DNA of 64,000 nt. It comes from Hyphomicrobium sp. (GTDB lineage Bacteria; Pseudomonadota; Alphaproteobacteria; Rhizobiales; Hyphomicrobiaceae). Shown in pieces: positions 1 through 10,651 of this stretch (position 1 is its first letter; each line of letters opens with the position of its first letter). The stretch spans positions 123,134-187,133 of the forward strand of contig JADJVG010000008.1 in NCBI GenBank assembly GCA_016716675.1. Reading direction: 5' to 3'. The position numbers were made by a program, and so were the translations under genes. Below the pieces are notes generated by a model. The model did no database searches, had not been told where the DNA came from, and saw nothing but the letters and a program-made list of their open reading frames with translations.

Positions 1-2029
1 AGCCGATCGGAATATAGCCGTCGGCGCCGGTGTCTTTCAGGCGCACGAAAAGTCCTGAGCGCGTGACGCCGGAAATGCGGGCCGCGAAGCTTGCGCCGAT
101 GCGATCGGCGAGGTGGTTGGCAATCAGCCGATCGGTTGTTTCGCGTTCCGCCGCCATGGCGCGGCGCTCGGTATCGGAAATCGCTTTCGCCACTGCAGCC
201 AGACGCGGAATGTCTTCGTCGCGCATGGCGCCGTCGCCGAGCTTTAAGGCGCGCACCAGCGCGCGGTGCACGAGCAGATCGGCATAGCGGCGGATGGGCG
301 ACGTAAAATGCGCGTACTTCGCGAGGTTCAGTCCGAAGTGACCGATGTTCTTCGGCGCGTATTCGGCTTGGCTCTGCGAGCGCAGAATAACTTCGTTGAT
401 GAGTTCGGGAACCGGAAGATCCTTGGCTTTCGCAAGGATGACGTTGAACGCTTCGGGCTTCAGCGTGCCGAGGTGCGGCACCTTCATGTCGAGGGTGTCG
501 AGGAAATCCTTGAGGCCCTTCAATTTTTCCGGGCTTGGCGCGTCGTGGATGCGGTAGACGAGTTCGGTCTTTTTAGCTTCCAGCGTTTCGGCGGCTGAGA
601 CGTTCGCCTGAATCATAAACTCTTCGATAAGCCGGTGCGCATCGAGCCGTTCGGGCGTGACGACGTTGGCAACGCGGCCCTTGTCGTCGAGCACGATTTT
701 GCGCTCGGGCAGATCGAGGTCGAGTGGTCCGCGCCGTTCGCGCGCTGCGTTGACGGCGGCATAGGCGGCCCACAGCGGCTTCAGCGCTTTCTCCATCAGC
801 GGCAGGCATTTCTCCGACGGATTGCCGTCGATGGCTGCTTGCGCTTCCTGATACGAGAGCTTGGCGTGCGACTTCATCATCGCGCGCATGAACAGTTGGC
901 TGATTTTGTCGCCGTGCTTGTCGAAGATCATCCGGACGGCGAGACAGGGGCGCTCCTCGCCTTCGCGCAGCGAGCATAAGTCGTTGGAAATCTTCTCGGG
1001 CAGCATCGGCACAACGCGGTCGGGGAAATACACCGAGTTGCCGCGCAGTTCGGCTTCGCGGTCGAGCTTGCTGCCGGGGCGGATGTAGTGAGCGACATCG
1101 GCAATGGCGACGATCACGCTCCACCCGCCGTCATTTTTGCCACTGTTGTCGGGTTCGGCGTAGACGGCGTCGTCGTGGTCGCGGGCGTCAGCCGGGTCGA
1201 TGGTGATCAGTGGGATAGTGCGCAGATCGGTGCGCCCGTCCATCGTCGGCGGCTCGAGCGTCTCGCATTCCGCGATGACGGCTTCCGGGAAATCCTCGGG
1301 GATGCCGTGTGCGTGAATGGCGATCAGCGAGACTTGGCGTTGGTCGTCGGGGTTGCCGAGACTTTCGAGAATAACGGCGCGCGGCGTTGCAAACCGGCCG
1401 CGGCGGACGAGTTCGAAGCGTACCAAATCGCCGTCGCTCGCCTTGCCGTCGTCATCGGGCAGGATCGGCCAGCTTTTCATTTCCTTACGATCGATCGGCT
1501 CGATGGTGCCGCCGCCGCGTTTCGAAGCGCGATAGATGCCGAGCACGCGGCGCTTCTCGCGCGGCAGCTTCTTGATCGGGCTGGCGTCATAGGATGCGGG
1601 ACCGGCGTCGCGCGGTAGTTTTGTCAGGCGCACGAGCACGCGATCGCCGATGCCGATGTCGGCATCGGTGCCCGAGCCTTCGACGATCAGGCGCACAATA
1701 GGGCGTTTGCCGTCGTCTTCTTCCCAATGCAGAGGTTTGCCGACGAGATCTCCGTCGCGATCGCGCCCGGTGATTTCAAGCGTCGTGACGGGCGGTAGCT
1801 TGCCCTTCTCGCGCAGGTCTTTCTTGTTGCCGGCGAGCGTGCCTTCTTCCGCCATTTCGGCGAGCAGCCGCTTCAGCGCAATCTTCGCGCCGCCCGAGAT
1901 GCCGAACGCGCGCGCGATTTCGCGCTTGCCCGCCTTGCCCTGCGACGTGTTGATGAAATCGAGGATCTGCTTTTTGCTCGGCAGGCCCCCGTTCGCGGGA
2001 TCGCGCGCTTTCTTAGGGGGGCGGGCCAC
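1..2029 (-). CDS. rnr: Ribonuclease R (3' end runs off the window)
   Basis: Not in the ORF track; translated by hand from GTG at 2029. Contains RNB motifs ITIDPADARDHDDAV, VAIADVAHY, GNSVYFPDRVVPMLP and HFGLNLAKYAHFTSPIRRYADLLVHRAL. Lies downstream of topA, as usual in alphaproteobacteria. Confidence 0.95.
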   Translation of the reverse strand, partial: MARPPKKARDPANGGLPSKKQILDFINTSQGKAGKREIARAFGISGGAKIALKRLLAEMAEEGTLAGNKKDLREKGKLPPVTTLEITGRDRDGDLVGKPLHWEEDDGKRPIVRLIVEGSGTDADIGIGDRVLVRLTKLPRDAGPASYDASPIKKLPREKRRVLGIYRASKRGGGTIEPIDRKEMKSWPILPDDDGKASDGDLVRFELVRRGRFATPRAVILESLGNPDDQRQVSLIAIHAHGIPEDFPEAVIAECETLEPPTMDGRTDLRTIPLITIDPADARDHDDAVYAEPDNSGKNDGGWSVIVAIADVAHYIRPGSKLDREAELRGNSVYFPDRVVPMLPEKISNDLCSLREGEERPCLAVRMIFDKHGDKISQLFMRAMMKSHAKLSYQEAQAAIDGNPSEKCLPLMEKALKPLWAAYAAVNAARERRGPLDLDLPERKIVLDDKGRVANVVTPERLDAHRLIEEFMIQANVSAAETLEAKKTELVYRIHDAPSPEKLKGLKDFLDTLDMKVPHLGTLKPEAFNVILAKAKDLPVPELINEVILRSQSQAEYAPKNIGHFGLNLAKYAHFTSPIRRYADLLVHRALVRALKLGDGAMRDEDIPRLAAVAKAISDTERRAMAAERETTDRLIANHLADRIGASFAARISGVTRSGLFVRLKDTGADGYIPIG

Positions 2030-2084
2030 CGGATTTGTCTCTCTCGTTCGGGATCAGGCCATCAGTGTCAGGCCATGACATCGG

Positions 2085-4853
2085 TCACGCCTTTGCCTTG
2101 GCGGTTTTTTTAGCGGCAGGCTTTTTTGCAGCAGGCTTTTTGGCGGCTGCTTTCGTAGCCGGTGCTTTCTTGGCAGGTGCAGCTGCTTTCACCGGCTTGG
2201 CACTTGCTTCGCTTGCGGGCTTGGCAGCCTTCGGCGCGGCCTTGGCTTTGGCGGGTGCTTTGGCGCCGCGCTTGGCTTTCTTGCCGCCGCCGTTGGCGAT
2301 GCGCTCGGCAATCAGCGCGATCGCTTCATCGACCGTTAGATCTTCCGGCTTCTTGGATTTCGGCACCGTCGCGTTGACTTTGTTGTGCGTGACGTACGGC
2401 CCGTAGCGGCCTTCGAGCACCTGGATCTTGCCGCCTTCGACAGGGTGTTCGCCAAGATCTTTAAGAACCGTCGCTGCTTGACGCTGGAAGCGGCTCTTGC
2501 CGCCGCCGGCGCGCTTTTCAGCAAGCAGCGTCACCGCGCGGTTGAGACCGATGGTGAAGACCTCTTCCATGTTCTCGAGGTTGGCGTATGTGCCGTCATG
2601 CAGAATGAACGGCCCGTAGCGGCCAAGGCTGGCGGTGATCGGCGTTGCTGTTTCCGGGTGGATGCCGACGTCGCGCGGCAACGACAAAAGCTGCAGCGCG
2701 CGCTCAAGATCGAGCGTCGCCGCATCAACGCCTTTCGGCAGGCTCGAACGCTTGGGCTTTTCATCGCCCTCGGCTTCGCCAAGCTGCACATAAGGGCCAA
2801 AGCGGCCGTTGCGCAGCGTCACCGCAACGCCGTCATCGTTATATCCGAGCACTTTGCCGTCGAGTGCTGCAGCTTCATCGCCACCAGCGGATTGCGAGAG
2901 CTGGCGCGTGAAGCGGCACTCGGGATAATTTTCGCAGCCGATGAAGGCGCCGTACTGGCTCGAAATTTTCAAGCTCAAGCGGCCGGTGCCGCACTTCGGG
3001 CAGGCGCGTGCATCGCTGCCGTCTTCCTTGGCCGGGAACACATGCGGTCCGAGCAATTCGTTGAGTGCTTCGAGCACTTCGGTGACGCGAAGATCTTTAA
3101 TGTCGGCGACGGCCGTTGTGAAGTCGCGCCAGAAATCGCGCAACACGTCTTTCCAGGCCAGTTCGTTGTTGGAGATCAGGTCGAGCTGCTCTTCGAGCCC
3201 GGCGGTGAAATCGAACTCGACGTATTTCTTGAAAAAGCTTTCGAGGAACGCGATGACTAGGCGGCCCTTGTCTTCCGGCACCAAGCGCTTCTTTTCGATT
3301 CTGACGTAGTCGCGATCGACAAGCACGGCCATGATCGACGCGTAGGTCGACGGGCGGCCGATGCCGAGCTCTTCCATGCGCTTCACCAGCGTGGCTTCTG
3401 AAAAGCGCGGTGGCGGCTGCGTGAAGTGCTGATCGGCGTCGATCTGTTTATCCTTGAGGCGATCGCCGGCTTCGAGCGGCGGCAGACGGCGGCTATCCTC
3501 GTCATCACCTTCGGAGTCGTCTTTGCCTTTTTGGATGTAGCGGAATTTGTCGTCGCGGCCTTCTTCGTAGACCTTCAAGAAGCCATCGAACGTGATGACG
3601 GAACCGTTGGCGCGCAGGCCGTAGTCGGTGCCGTTGCGGCCTTTGACTTTGATTTCGGCAACTGTCTGTTCGAGATCGGCGGCGGCCATTTGGCTTGCGA
3701 TCGTGCGCTTCCAGACGAGATCGTAAAGGGCTGCCTGATCCTTATCGAGGAACTTGCGAACCTGATCGGGCTTGCGCTTCGGGTCGGTCGGCCGGATGGC
3801 TTCGTGCGCTTCTTGTGCGTTCTTGGCTTTGGTTTTCCACTCGCGCGCAAACGGCGTGTAGCGCGCACCGTATTCCGACGAAATAACATCGCGGATATGG
3901 GCGACCGCTTCGGGAATGATCTGCACGCCGTCGGTTCGCATGTAGGTGATGAGGCCGACCGTCTCGCCGCCGATGTCGACGCCTTCATAGAGGCGCTGGG
4001 CGACCTGCATCGTCTGCTTGGCTGAGAAGCCGAGCTTGCGCGACGCATCCATCTGCAACGTCGAGGTCGTGAACGGCGGATACGGGTTGCGCTTGGCAGC
4101 CTTCTTTTCCACCGATGCGATTGTAAAATCCTGCTTCTCGATGGCTGCCTTGATGGCGGCGGCGCTCGCCTCGTCCTTGATATCGAGCTTCTTCAAGGTG
4201 GTGCCGGCGATCTCGGTCAGGCGGGCGCGGAAGTCATCACCCTTGGGAGATGAGAGCAGGGCTTCGATGGTCCAGTATTCATCGGTGCGGAAGGCTTCGA
4301 TTTCGGCTTCGCGGTCGCAAATGAGACGCAGCGCCACAGACTGCACGCGTCCTGCCGAGCGGGCACCCGGCAGCTTGCGCCACAGCACCGGCGACAGGTT
4401 GAAGCCGACGAGATAGTCGAGGGCGCGGCGCGCAAGATAGGCTTCGACCAGCGGCTGGTCGATTTTGCGCGGCTCTTTGAGGGCCGCCAGGATCGACTGC
4501 TTGGTGATGGCGTTGAACGCCACACGCTCGATCTCAAGGCCCTTCTTGATGGCTTTCTTCTGATTGAGGATTTCCAGGAGATGCCAGGAAATGGCTTCGC
4601 CTTCGCGATCAGGGTCGGTCGCCAGGATGAGCTTATCGGCGCCCTTAACGGCGTCGGCGATCTCACGAATGATCTTCTGGGATTTCGCGTCGATGTCCCA
4701 GTGCATTACAAAGTCATTGTCCGGCTCGACCGAGCCATTCTTGGCCGGCAGGTCGCGGACATGGCCGTAAGAAGCGATGACCTTATAGCCAGACCCCAGA
4801 TACTTGTTGATGGTCTTGGCCTTGGCGGCGGATTCGACGATGACGACGTTCAT
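2085..4853 (-). CDS. topA: DNA topoisomerase I with Lys/Ala-rich C-terminal tail
   Basis: TOPRIM start (MNVVIVESAAKAKTI), ATDPDREGEAI, SAGRVQS and LITYMRTD active-site region, Zn-ribbon. Start placed at ATG 4853 rather than 4880. Confidence 0.97.
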   Translation of the reverse strand: MNVVIVESAAKAKTINKYLGSGYKVIASYGHVRDLPAKNGSVEPDNDFVMHWDIDAKSQKIIREIADAVKGADKLILATDPDREGEAISWHLLEILNQKKAIKKGLEIERVAFNAITKQSILAALKEPRKIDQPLVEAYLARRALDYLVGFNLSPVLWRKLPGARSAGRVQSVALRLICDREAEIEAFRTDEYWTIEALLSSPKGDDFRARLTEIAGTTLKKLDIKDEASAAAIKAAIEKQDFTIASVEKKAAKRNPYPPFTTSTLQMDASRKLGFSAKQTMQVAQRLYEGVDIGGETVGLITYMRTDGVQIIPEAVAHIRDVISSEYGARYTPFAREWKTKAKNAQEAHEAIRPTDPKRKPDQVRKFLDKDQAALYDLVWKRTIASQMAAADLEQTVAEIKVKGRNGTDYGLRANGSVITFDGFLKVYEEGRDDKFRYIQKGKDDSEGDDEDSRRLPPLEAGDRLKDKQIDADQHFTQPPPRFSEATLVKRMEELGIGRPSTYASIMAVLVDRDYVRIEKKRLVPEDKGRLVIAFLESFFKKYVEFDFTAGLEEQLDLISNNELAWKDVLRDFWRDFTTAVADIKDLRVTEVLEALNELLGPHVFPAKEDGSDARACPKCGTGRLSLKISSQYGAFIGCENYPECRFTRQLSQSAGGDEAAALDGKVLGYNDDGVAVTLRNGRFGPYVQLGEAEGDEKPKRSSLPKGVDAATLDLERALQLLSLPRDVGIHPETATPITASLGRYGPFILHDGTYANLENMEEVFTIGLNRAVTLLAEKRAGGGKSRFQRQAATVLKDLGEHPVEGGKIQVLEGRYGPYVTHNKVNATVPKSKKPEDLTVDEAIALIAERIANGGGKKAKRGAKAPAKAKAAPKAAKPASEASAKPVKAAAPAKKAPATKAAAKKPAAKKPAAKKTAKAKA

Positions 4854-4973
4854 CTCGCGCTGTAGCTCCTTGGCGGGCATACCCGCCCCGGTTGATCGGT
4901 GTAACGTGTCTCTTCCGGCGCTCGTGGGTGGGGGGGGAACATGGTTGATCGCCGCAGCACTGTCAAATGTGGG

Positions 4974-4988
4974 CTAACGCGGGGTTAA
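4974..4988 (+). promoter_or_regulatory. CtrA-box-like motif (CTAA-N7-TTAA)
   Basis: One mismatch from the TTAA-N7-TTAA consensus; lies in the intergenic region between topA and a divergent small ORF. Confidence 0.35.
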
Positions 4989-5109
4989 AGTTGAACAATT
5001 TCCCGCTATTGCAATCTATGCGGGAATATATTACCCACGACTTTCAACTTTTGAGTGCATTTTTGAGGGTTTTTCTATGGGAGTGAGGCCGCAAAGCGGT
5101 GGGCCTGAC

Positions 5110-5292
5110 ATGTCGCCATCCGACAACGAACGCGCCGAACGTCTGCTGTACCTAGCCGACTTGGTGAACGAACTGCAAGACCTTGCTGCGCGCGAGGGTT
5201 GTGAGACCTTGGCCGGGATACTGGCGCTCGCACATCTGGAAGCCCTGACCCAAGCCAGAGTTGCTCCGGCCAGCGCCACGCCCGTCGGTTAG
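5110..5292 (+). CDS. Small hypothetical helical protein (60 aa)
   Basis: MSPSDNERAERLLYLADLVNELQDLAAREGCETLAGILALAHLEA...; amphipathic pattern; fills the topA-dprA gap on the opposite strand. Confidence 0.6.
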   Translation: MSPSDNERAERLLYLADLVNELQDLAAREGCETLAGILALAHLEALTQARVAPASATPVG

Positions 5293-5314
5293 GCAGGCAG
5301 GCGCATTGTTGCCT

Positions 5315-6508
5315 TCACGACGGATCGCGCCGGGCGATCAAGCCGGTGCCCGGCCGCGTGATATGCCCGGCAAGATCGAGTTCCATTAGCGCGATCTGGA
5401 CAGCGCGCGTCGATAATCCCGTGGCCCGCTGGATTGCATCAAGATCAACGGGGGCGGGGCCGAGGGCTTGCAAAACCGTGCTGCGTTCCGGATCGCCAAC
5501 GTCGGGTGGATTGGGGTCAGCGGGCGGCTGAGGATCGCGCGGCATCCAGCGCAGCGAAGCTGGGCCTTCGCGCAAACCGGAAAGCGGCTCCAGCACGCGC
5601 ATCACGTCTTCGGCTTCGGTCACCAGCGTCGCGCCGTTTTTGAGCAGCCGATTGGTGCCTTCTGCGCGCGGGTCGAGCGGATGGCCGGGCACGGCAAACA
5701 CGTCGCGACCCTGTTCGCCGGCATAGCGCGCGGTGACCAACGTGCCGGAGCGCGCGGCGGCTTCGACAATCACTACGCCAAGGGAAATGCCGGAGATGAT
5801 GCGATTACGGCGCGGGAAATCTTGACCTCGCGGCTTGTATCCGGGCGGCAGTTCGGTGATGAGGCACCCCTCGCTGCCGATACGCTCGAATAGCGCGGCG
5901 TGTTCAGGCGGATAGAGATGATCGATGCCACCGGCGAGCACCGCAACGGTTCCGCTGGCGAGCGCTGCGCTGTGTGCTGCGCCGTCGATGCCGCGCGCAA
6001 GGCCGGATGCAATCACGTATCCCGCTTCACCGAGGCGGTGGGCAAACAGGCCGGCGAGTTTAGCGCCCGCCGCCGAACACGACCGCGAGCCGACGATGGC
6101 GACCGCCGGTCGGTGCAACAGCTCACTGCGCCCCTTGATGTACAACATGGGGGGCGGTGCATCGGTGGCTGCGAGCGCGGCGGGGTATCCTGGTTCGATC
6201 GTAAAAACCGGCTCGGCGCCAGCGCGGGCGGCTGCTGCAAGTTCGGCTTCGGCCTGATCGGACGGGCAAATGCGGATCGGCCGTTTGCTGCCGGCGCGGC
6301 GCGTGATTTCAGGCAACGCATTCAGCGCTTCCGCTGCGCCGCCGTAGCGATTGATGAGTTCGCGGAACGCCACGGGGCCGACGTTTTCCGAACGGATCAG
6401 CCGCAGGCAGGCCAGTGTTTCCGGCGGCGCTAGTTTGGCAATCGGCAATGGCGCTGCAGTGAATAGAGAAGGCGACTCAGGCTTTGGCACCGATCTTTGG
6501 CTCCTCAC
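5315..6508 (-). CDS. dprA: DNA-processing protein DprA
   Basis: [52 protein letters not shown] motifs; exact start uncertain. Confidence 0.95.
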   Translation of the reverse strand: MRSQRSVPKPESPSLFTAAPLPIAKLAPPETLACLRLIRSENVGPVAFRELINRYGGAAEALNALPEITRRAGSKRPIRICPSDQAEAELAAAARAGAEPVFTIEPGYPAALAATDAPPPMLYIKGRSELLHRPAVAIVGSRSCSAAGAKLAGLFAHRLGEAGYVIASGLARGIDGAAHSAALASGTVAVLAGGIDHLYPPEHAALFERIGSEGCLITELPPGYKPRGQDFPRRNRIISGISLGVVIVEAAARSGTLVTARYAGEQGRDVFAVPGHPLDPRAEGTNRLLKNGATLVTEAEDVMRVLEPLSGLREGPASLRWMPRDPQPPADPNPPDVGDPERSTVLQALGPAPVDLDAIQRATGLSTRAVQIALMELDLAGHITRPGTGLIARRDPS

Positions 6509-7109
6509 CTGCGATCAGCCGCCGGATGTTGGCGCGATGCTTCCAAAAAATCAGTAGCGTCATTAGGCCAGCGACTATCGCCAGCTCGCAGAACCCCATG
6601 AGTGCCAGGGCAACCGGCACAACGACACTGGCAACGAGTGCCGAAAGAGACGACGTTTTCGACAACGCGGCAACCGCGATCCAAACGAGCGCGAAGATTG
6701 CAGCACCTTGCCACGCAAGCCCGAGCAGCACGCCGATGTAGGTCGCCACGCCCTTGCCGCCGCGAAACTTCAGCCATATCGGATAGATATGCCCGAGGAA
6801 TGCGCCGAGACCGGCCAGCATGGCGGGAACCTGCCCGTAGAAGTGATCGGCCAGCAATACGGCCGCCGTGCCCTTCAAGCCGTCGAGCAGAAGCGTTGCG
6901 GCGGCCAGACCCTTATTGCCGGTGCGGAGCACATTGGTTGCGCCGATGTTGCCGGAACCGATGGCGCGCACGTCGCCAAGCCCCGCTGCCCGCGTTAGCA
7001 GCAGGCCGAACGGAATGGAGCCGAGCAGATAGCCGAGGCCAAAAGCAAGAGGCAGCCAATACCACAGGCCGCCAGCCATAAATGTGATGAAAGACGACAG
7101 CGGGCTCAT
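6477..7109 (-). CDS. plsY: Glycerol-3-phosphate acyltransferase PlsY
   Basis: [40 protein letters not shown] motifs. Confidence 0.96.
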   Translation of the reverse strand: MSPLSSFITFMAGGLWYWLPLAFGLGYLLGSIPFGLLLTRAAGLGDVRAIGSGNIGATNVLRTGNKGLAAATLLLDGLKGTAAVLLADHFYGQVPAMLAGLGAFLGHIYPIWLKFRGGKGVATYIGVLLGLAWQGAAIFALVWIAVAALSKTSSLSALVASVVVPVALALMGFCELAIVAGLMTLLIFWKHRANIRRLIAGEEPKIGAKA

Positions 7110-7390
7110 GGATGGGGTGCGATCCTAGGGGACGCGGATGATATATCCGTGTGGCGCCAAACTATGCAAAGACCCCATTTGTAGCAACTGGGAGCCATAG
7201 GGCGGCTCTATGCCGTGTCGCGCCTGCGACACAGCAGGCTGCAACAGTTGCCTCCGCACGGTGCTATTGGCTACCCCGGCTGGCACCTGCAACGGTTCAA
7301 ATTGCAACGACGAGAGGGCTATATCCGCACTTTGTTTACGTTCTATATTGCAGTCTCTTGTGTAGACCGCATCTTCTCGAGGTTCCGAGT

Positions 7391-9292
7391 ATGACCTGCA
7401 AGTTCCGCTCGCGTACGGTAGCGAACATGTCCGCCGCCGCTGCCCTCATCATGGCGGCCGGTTTAGCGCAATCGCCAGCCGCCGCTGAGGCGCGCAAACC
7501 GCAGAGTATGAAATCGCAAAGCGTGCCAGCGGTTCAGGACAGCCTCTCTGGTCCGCCGGTGATGGCCATCGTTTCGATCAAGCATCAACGGGTCTCGCTT
7601 TATGATGCACACGGCGGCGCGTTGCGCGCCAGCACGTCGAGCGGCGCGAGAGAGTATGAGACGCCCGTCGGCATCTACAGCGTTCTGCAAAAGAATAGGG
7701 ACCACTATTCCAACCTCTATGACGATGCTGCCATGCCGTTTATGCAGCGCATCACGTGGTCGGGGATTGCCCTTCATGAAGGTCAGCTTCCGGGCTACCC
7801 GGCGTCGCACGGCTGCGTGCGCATGCCCGGCACGTTTGCCGAGCAGATTTTTCCGCTGACCAAGATCGGGATGCGGGTCATCGTTGCGCGCGATAACGTA
7901 GCGCCGGTTGCTATTTCTCATTCGAACCTGTTGAAGCCAGCGCCGATCAGTGGCGCGGCGTTCGTGACGCGTACGGCGTTTGATGCCAGCAGCACCGCGG
8001 ATCAGAGTCCGCGTCCGTTTGTTGCCGATCTGAGCCAATGGCCGGAGCGTCAGGCCGAAATGGACGACTATCAGCGGCGCGTCGTTGCCGCCAATACCGA
8101 AGTCGAGCAGCGCAAGGCGCCGATTGCCCAGTTGAAAGAGGTGGTGGCTGCCGCGACCAAGAAACAAGCGGCCGCTGCAAAAAGTCTGCGCACGGCCGAA
8201 AAGTCTAAACGTATCGCAGATGAGCGGGCCGCCAGTGCGGACCGCGCGCTGGCGTATGCGAAGGACGTTGCCAGATTGAAACCGTGGGAGGCCGCCAAAG
8301 ACAAGGCCGACGCGGCCGTGTTGACCACCACGGAGCGGCACTCCAAGGCCATCGCCGCAGTCGCGGCCGCAACCGACAAGCGGGCACGCACCAGGGCGGA
8401 ACGTGCCGAGCGGGCTGCCGCGCGTGCCAAGCAAACGGCCATCGCGAAAGCGTCGCGCGCTGATCGCGATCTGGCCGCTGCGAAATTGCCGGCCCGCTAC
8501 CAGAAACAGGCGGATGCCACCGCCAAAGCCACGGCGACGGCTGCCACTGTCGCGCAGCGTACGACGGCTTTGTTGCAAGCCAAGCAATTTGCTGATGCCG
8601 CCTTGCAGACCGCCACACAAGATCTCGCCAAGGCCGAAGCGGCACTTGAGACGGCCGTTGCCGCGGCGACCGAGGCGCGGCGTAAGACGCTGCCCGTTTC
8701 CCTATTCATCAGCCGAAACACACAGCGGCTGTATGTACGGCAGGGCCATGAACCGGTTGTCGACGTTCCGGTCAGCATTGCCGACCCGGACAAGCCGATT
8801 GGCACGCATGTATTCACGGCGGTCGATTATGAGAACGGTACCAATAGTCTGCGCTGGACGGCGGTCTCTATGGCGCCGCGCCCCGGACGAGATTTTTCTG
8901 CGCTGTCGAGCAAGGCGCGCAAGCAGATGGAAGCGGCGGCGGCCGAACCCTTTGTAACGGATGCCGCCATCGCGGCGTCTGTGCTCGACCGCATTACAAT
9001 CCCGCCGGAAATTCTGCAGCGCATTTCAGCATCCGTCTGGCCCGGATCGTCACTGATCGTTTCGGATGAGCCGCTGCACAAGGAAACCAACAACGCCACC
9101 GACTTCATTGTGCTGATTAGCGGCGAGCCGCAGGGCGGCATCAAGCATCGGCCGAAGCCGCCCCCGGCACCCGCCCGCCGATACTACGATCGCGACGATT
9201 GGGATGATCGCCCCAACGACATGATCGTCTACGACCGTTATGGCCGCCGCATGCGGGTGATCCAGAAGAAGCCGCTGTTCAGTTGGTGGTGA
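7391..9292 (+). CDS. L,D-transpeptidase (YkuD) family protein with Ala-rich coiled-coil and second YkuD-like domain
   Basis: Signal peptide, catalytic ASHGCVRM motif, long Ala-rich helical middle region, C-terminal ISRNTQRLYVRQG domain. Start placed at ATG 7391. Confidence 0.85.
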   Translation: MTCKFRSRTVANMSAAAALIMAAGLAQSPAAAEARKPQSMKSQSVPAVQDSLSGPPVMAIVSIKHQRVSLYDAHGGALRASTSSGAREYETPVGIYSVLQKNRDHYSNLYDDAAMPFMQRITWSGIALHEGQLPGYPASHGCVRMPGTFAEQIFPLTKIGMRVIVARDNVAPVAISHSNLLKPAPISGAAFVTRTAFDASSTADQSPRPFVADLSQWPERQAEMDDYQRRVVAANTEVEQRKAPIAQLKEVVAAATKKQAAAAKSLRTAEKSKRIADERAASADRALAYAKDVARLKPWEAAKDKADAAVLTTTERHSKAIAAVAAATDKRARTRAERAERAAARAKQTAIAKASRADRDLAAAKLPARYQKQADATAKATATAATVAQRTTALLQAKQFADAALQTATQDLAKAEAALETAVAAATEARRKTLPVSLFISRNTQRLYVRQGHEPVVDVPVSIADPDKPIGTHVFTAVDYENGTNSLRWTAVSMAPRPGRDFSALSSKARKQMEAAAAEPFVTDAAIAASVLDRITIPPEILQRISASVWPGSSLIVSDEPLHKETNNATDFIVLISGEPQGGIKHRPKPPPAPARRYYDRDDWDDRPNDMIVYDRYGRRMRVIQKKPLFSWW

Positions 9293-9376
9293 GTGGGCAT
9301 AAGCGCCTGGAAAACACCGAAAGGTGGTTTCCCGGCGCGGCCGCCGCTAGCGTGTTTGATCGGATGAAAGCGGGCC

Positions 9377-10651
9377 TTAGGTCCGCTCGACGCCCGCGTA
9401 TTCGTAGACGGTTTCGCCGGCAACGACCGTGCGCAGCACGCGGCCCTGCATTTTGGCTTCGTCGAACGGCGTATTCTTCGAGCGCGAGCGCAGCAGGTCC
9501 TTATTGACCACCCACGGTTCGCCAGGATCGAACAACAGCAAATCGGCAATCGCGCCTTTGACAAGGCGGCCTGAGTGCAGCCCCAGAAGCCGCGCCGGAT
9601 TGATTGTCAGCGCTTTGAGCAGCGCCAGAAGCGGAACGTCGCCGGAATTGACGAGGCGCAGACCCGCCGCCAGCAGCGTTTCGAGGCCGACCGCGCCGTC
9701 GGCGGCTTCCGCGAACGGGCGGCGCTTGGTGTCGGCGTCCTGCGGGTCATGGCTCGAGACGATGATGTCAATGTCGCCGCTGGCGATGCCGCGCACCATC
9801 GCCATGCGATCTTCCTCGCGGCGTAGCGGCGGGCGAACCTTGAAGAACGTGCGGTACGGGCCGATGTCGTTTTCGTTCAGCGTCAAGTGATTGATCGAGA
9901 CGCCGCAGGTGACGCCGAGCTTGCGGGCTTTGGCGGCGCGCACGACGTCGAGGCTTTCGGCACAGCTGATCGTGGCGGCGTGATAGCGGCCTCCCGTCAT
10001 CTCGACGAGGCGCACGTCGCGCTCGAGCGTGATGGTTTCGGCGATCTTCGAGGCGCCTGAGAGGCCGAGGCGCGACGCGACTTCGCCGGAGTTCATGGCG
10101 GCGTTGCCGGAGAGATAGGGGTCTTCGGTGTGATGCACGACGAGAGCACCGAAGTCTTTGGCGTAGTTCAGCACGTTGCGCATCACGCGTGTATTGACCA
10201 CGCTCGATTTGCCGTTCGAGAAGGCGATGGCGCCGGCGCGCTTCAACAGACCGATCTCGGTCATCTCTTCGCCATTGAGGCCTTTGGTCATGGCAGCCAT
10301 GGTGTGGACGTGTACCAGCGCGTTGTCGCGGGCGCGGCGCTGGATGAAGTCAACGAGCGCGACGCTGTCGATGACCGGATTGGTCTCCGGCATCACGACG
10401 ATCGTGGTCACGCCACCGGCGGCGGCCGCATGGCTGGCGGTCTTCAACGTTTCGCGGTGTTCAAAGCCGGGCTCGCCGGTGAAGACTTGCGCGTCGATGA
10501 GTCCGGGTGCCAGCACGTGGCCCTTACAGTCGATGACCTGATAGCCGTCCGGCGCATTGCGGCGCAGGTGCGGGCCGATATCGGCAATCAGGCCGTCTCT
10601 AACCAGCAGTCCGCCGGGGGCGTCGTGTCCGGAGGCCGGATCGACAATACG
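9377..10651 (-). CDS. pyrC: Dihydroorotase-like protein (probably inactive PyrC'-type); native 5' end apparently missing
   Basis: Amidohydrolase fold (RIVDPAS..., [25 protein letters not shown]). HxH ligands replaced (DAQVF) and catalytic Asp replaced (VSSH). Recognisable sequence starts abruptly at RIVDP, directly after pyrB codons. Confidence 0.85.
   Translation of the reverse strand, partial: RIVDPASGHDAPGGLLVRDGLIADIGPHLRRNAPDGYQVIDCKGHVLAPGLIDAQVFTGEPGFEHRETLKTASHAAAAGGVTTIVVMPETNPVIDSVALVDFIQRRARDNALVHVHTMAAMTKGLNGEEMTEIGLLKRAGAIAFSNGKSSVVNTRVMRNVLNYAKDFGALVVHHTEDPYLSGNAAMNSGEVASRLGLSGASKIAETITLERDVRLVEMTGGRYHAATISCAESLDVVRAAKARKLGVTCGVSINHLTLNENDIGPYRTFFKVRPPLRREEDRMAMVRGIASGDIDIIVSSHDPQDADTKRRPFAEAADGAVGLETLLAAGLRLVNSGDVPLLALLKALTINPARLLGLHSGRLVKGAIADLLLFDPGEPWVVNKDLLRSRSKNTPFDEAKMQGRVLRTVVAGETVYEYAGVERT

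Noticed and set aside
30-2078. Many plus-strand ORFs in the track
   Set aside because: Antisense shadows of rnr, typical of high-GC DNA; the same applies to most nested ORFs in the track.
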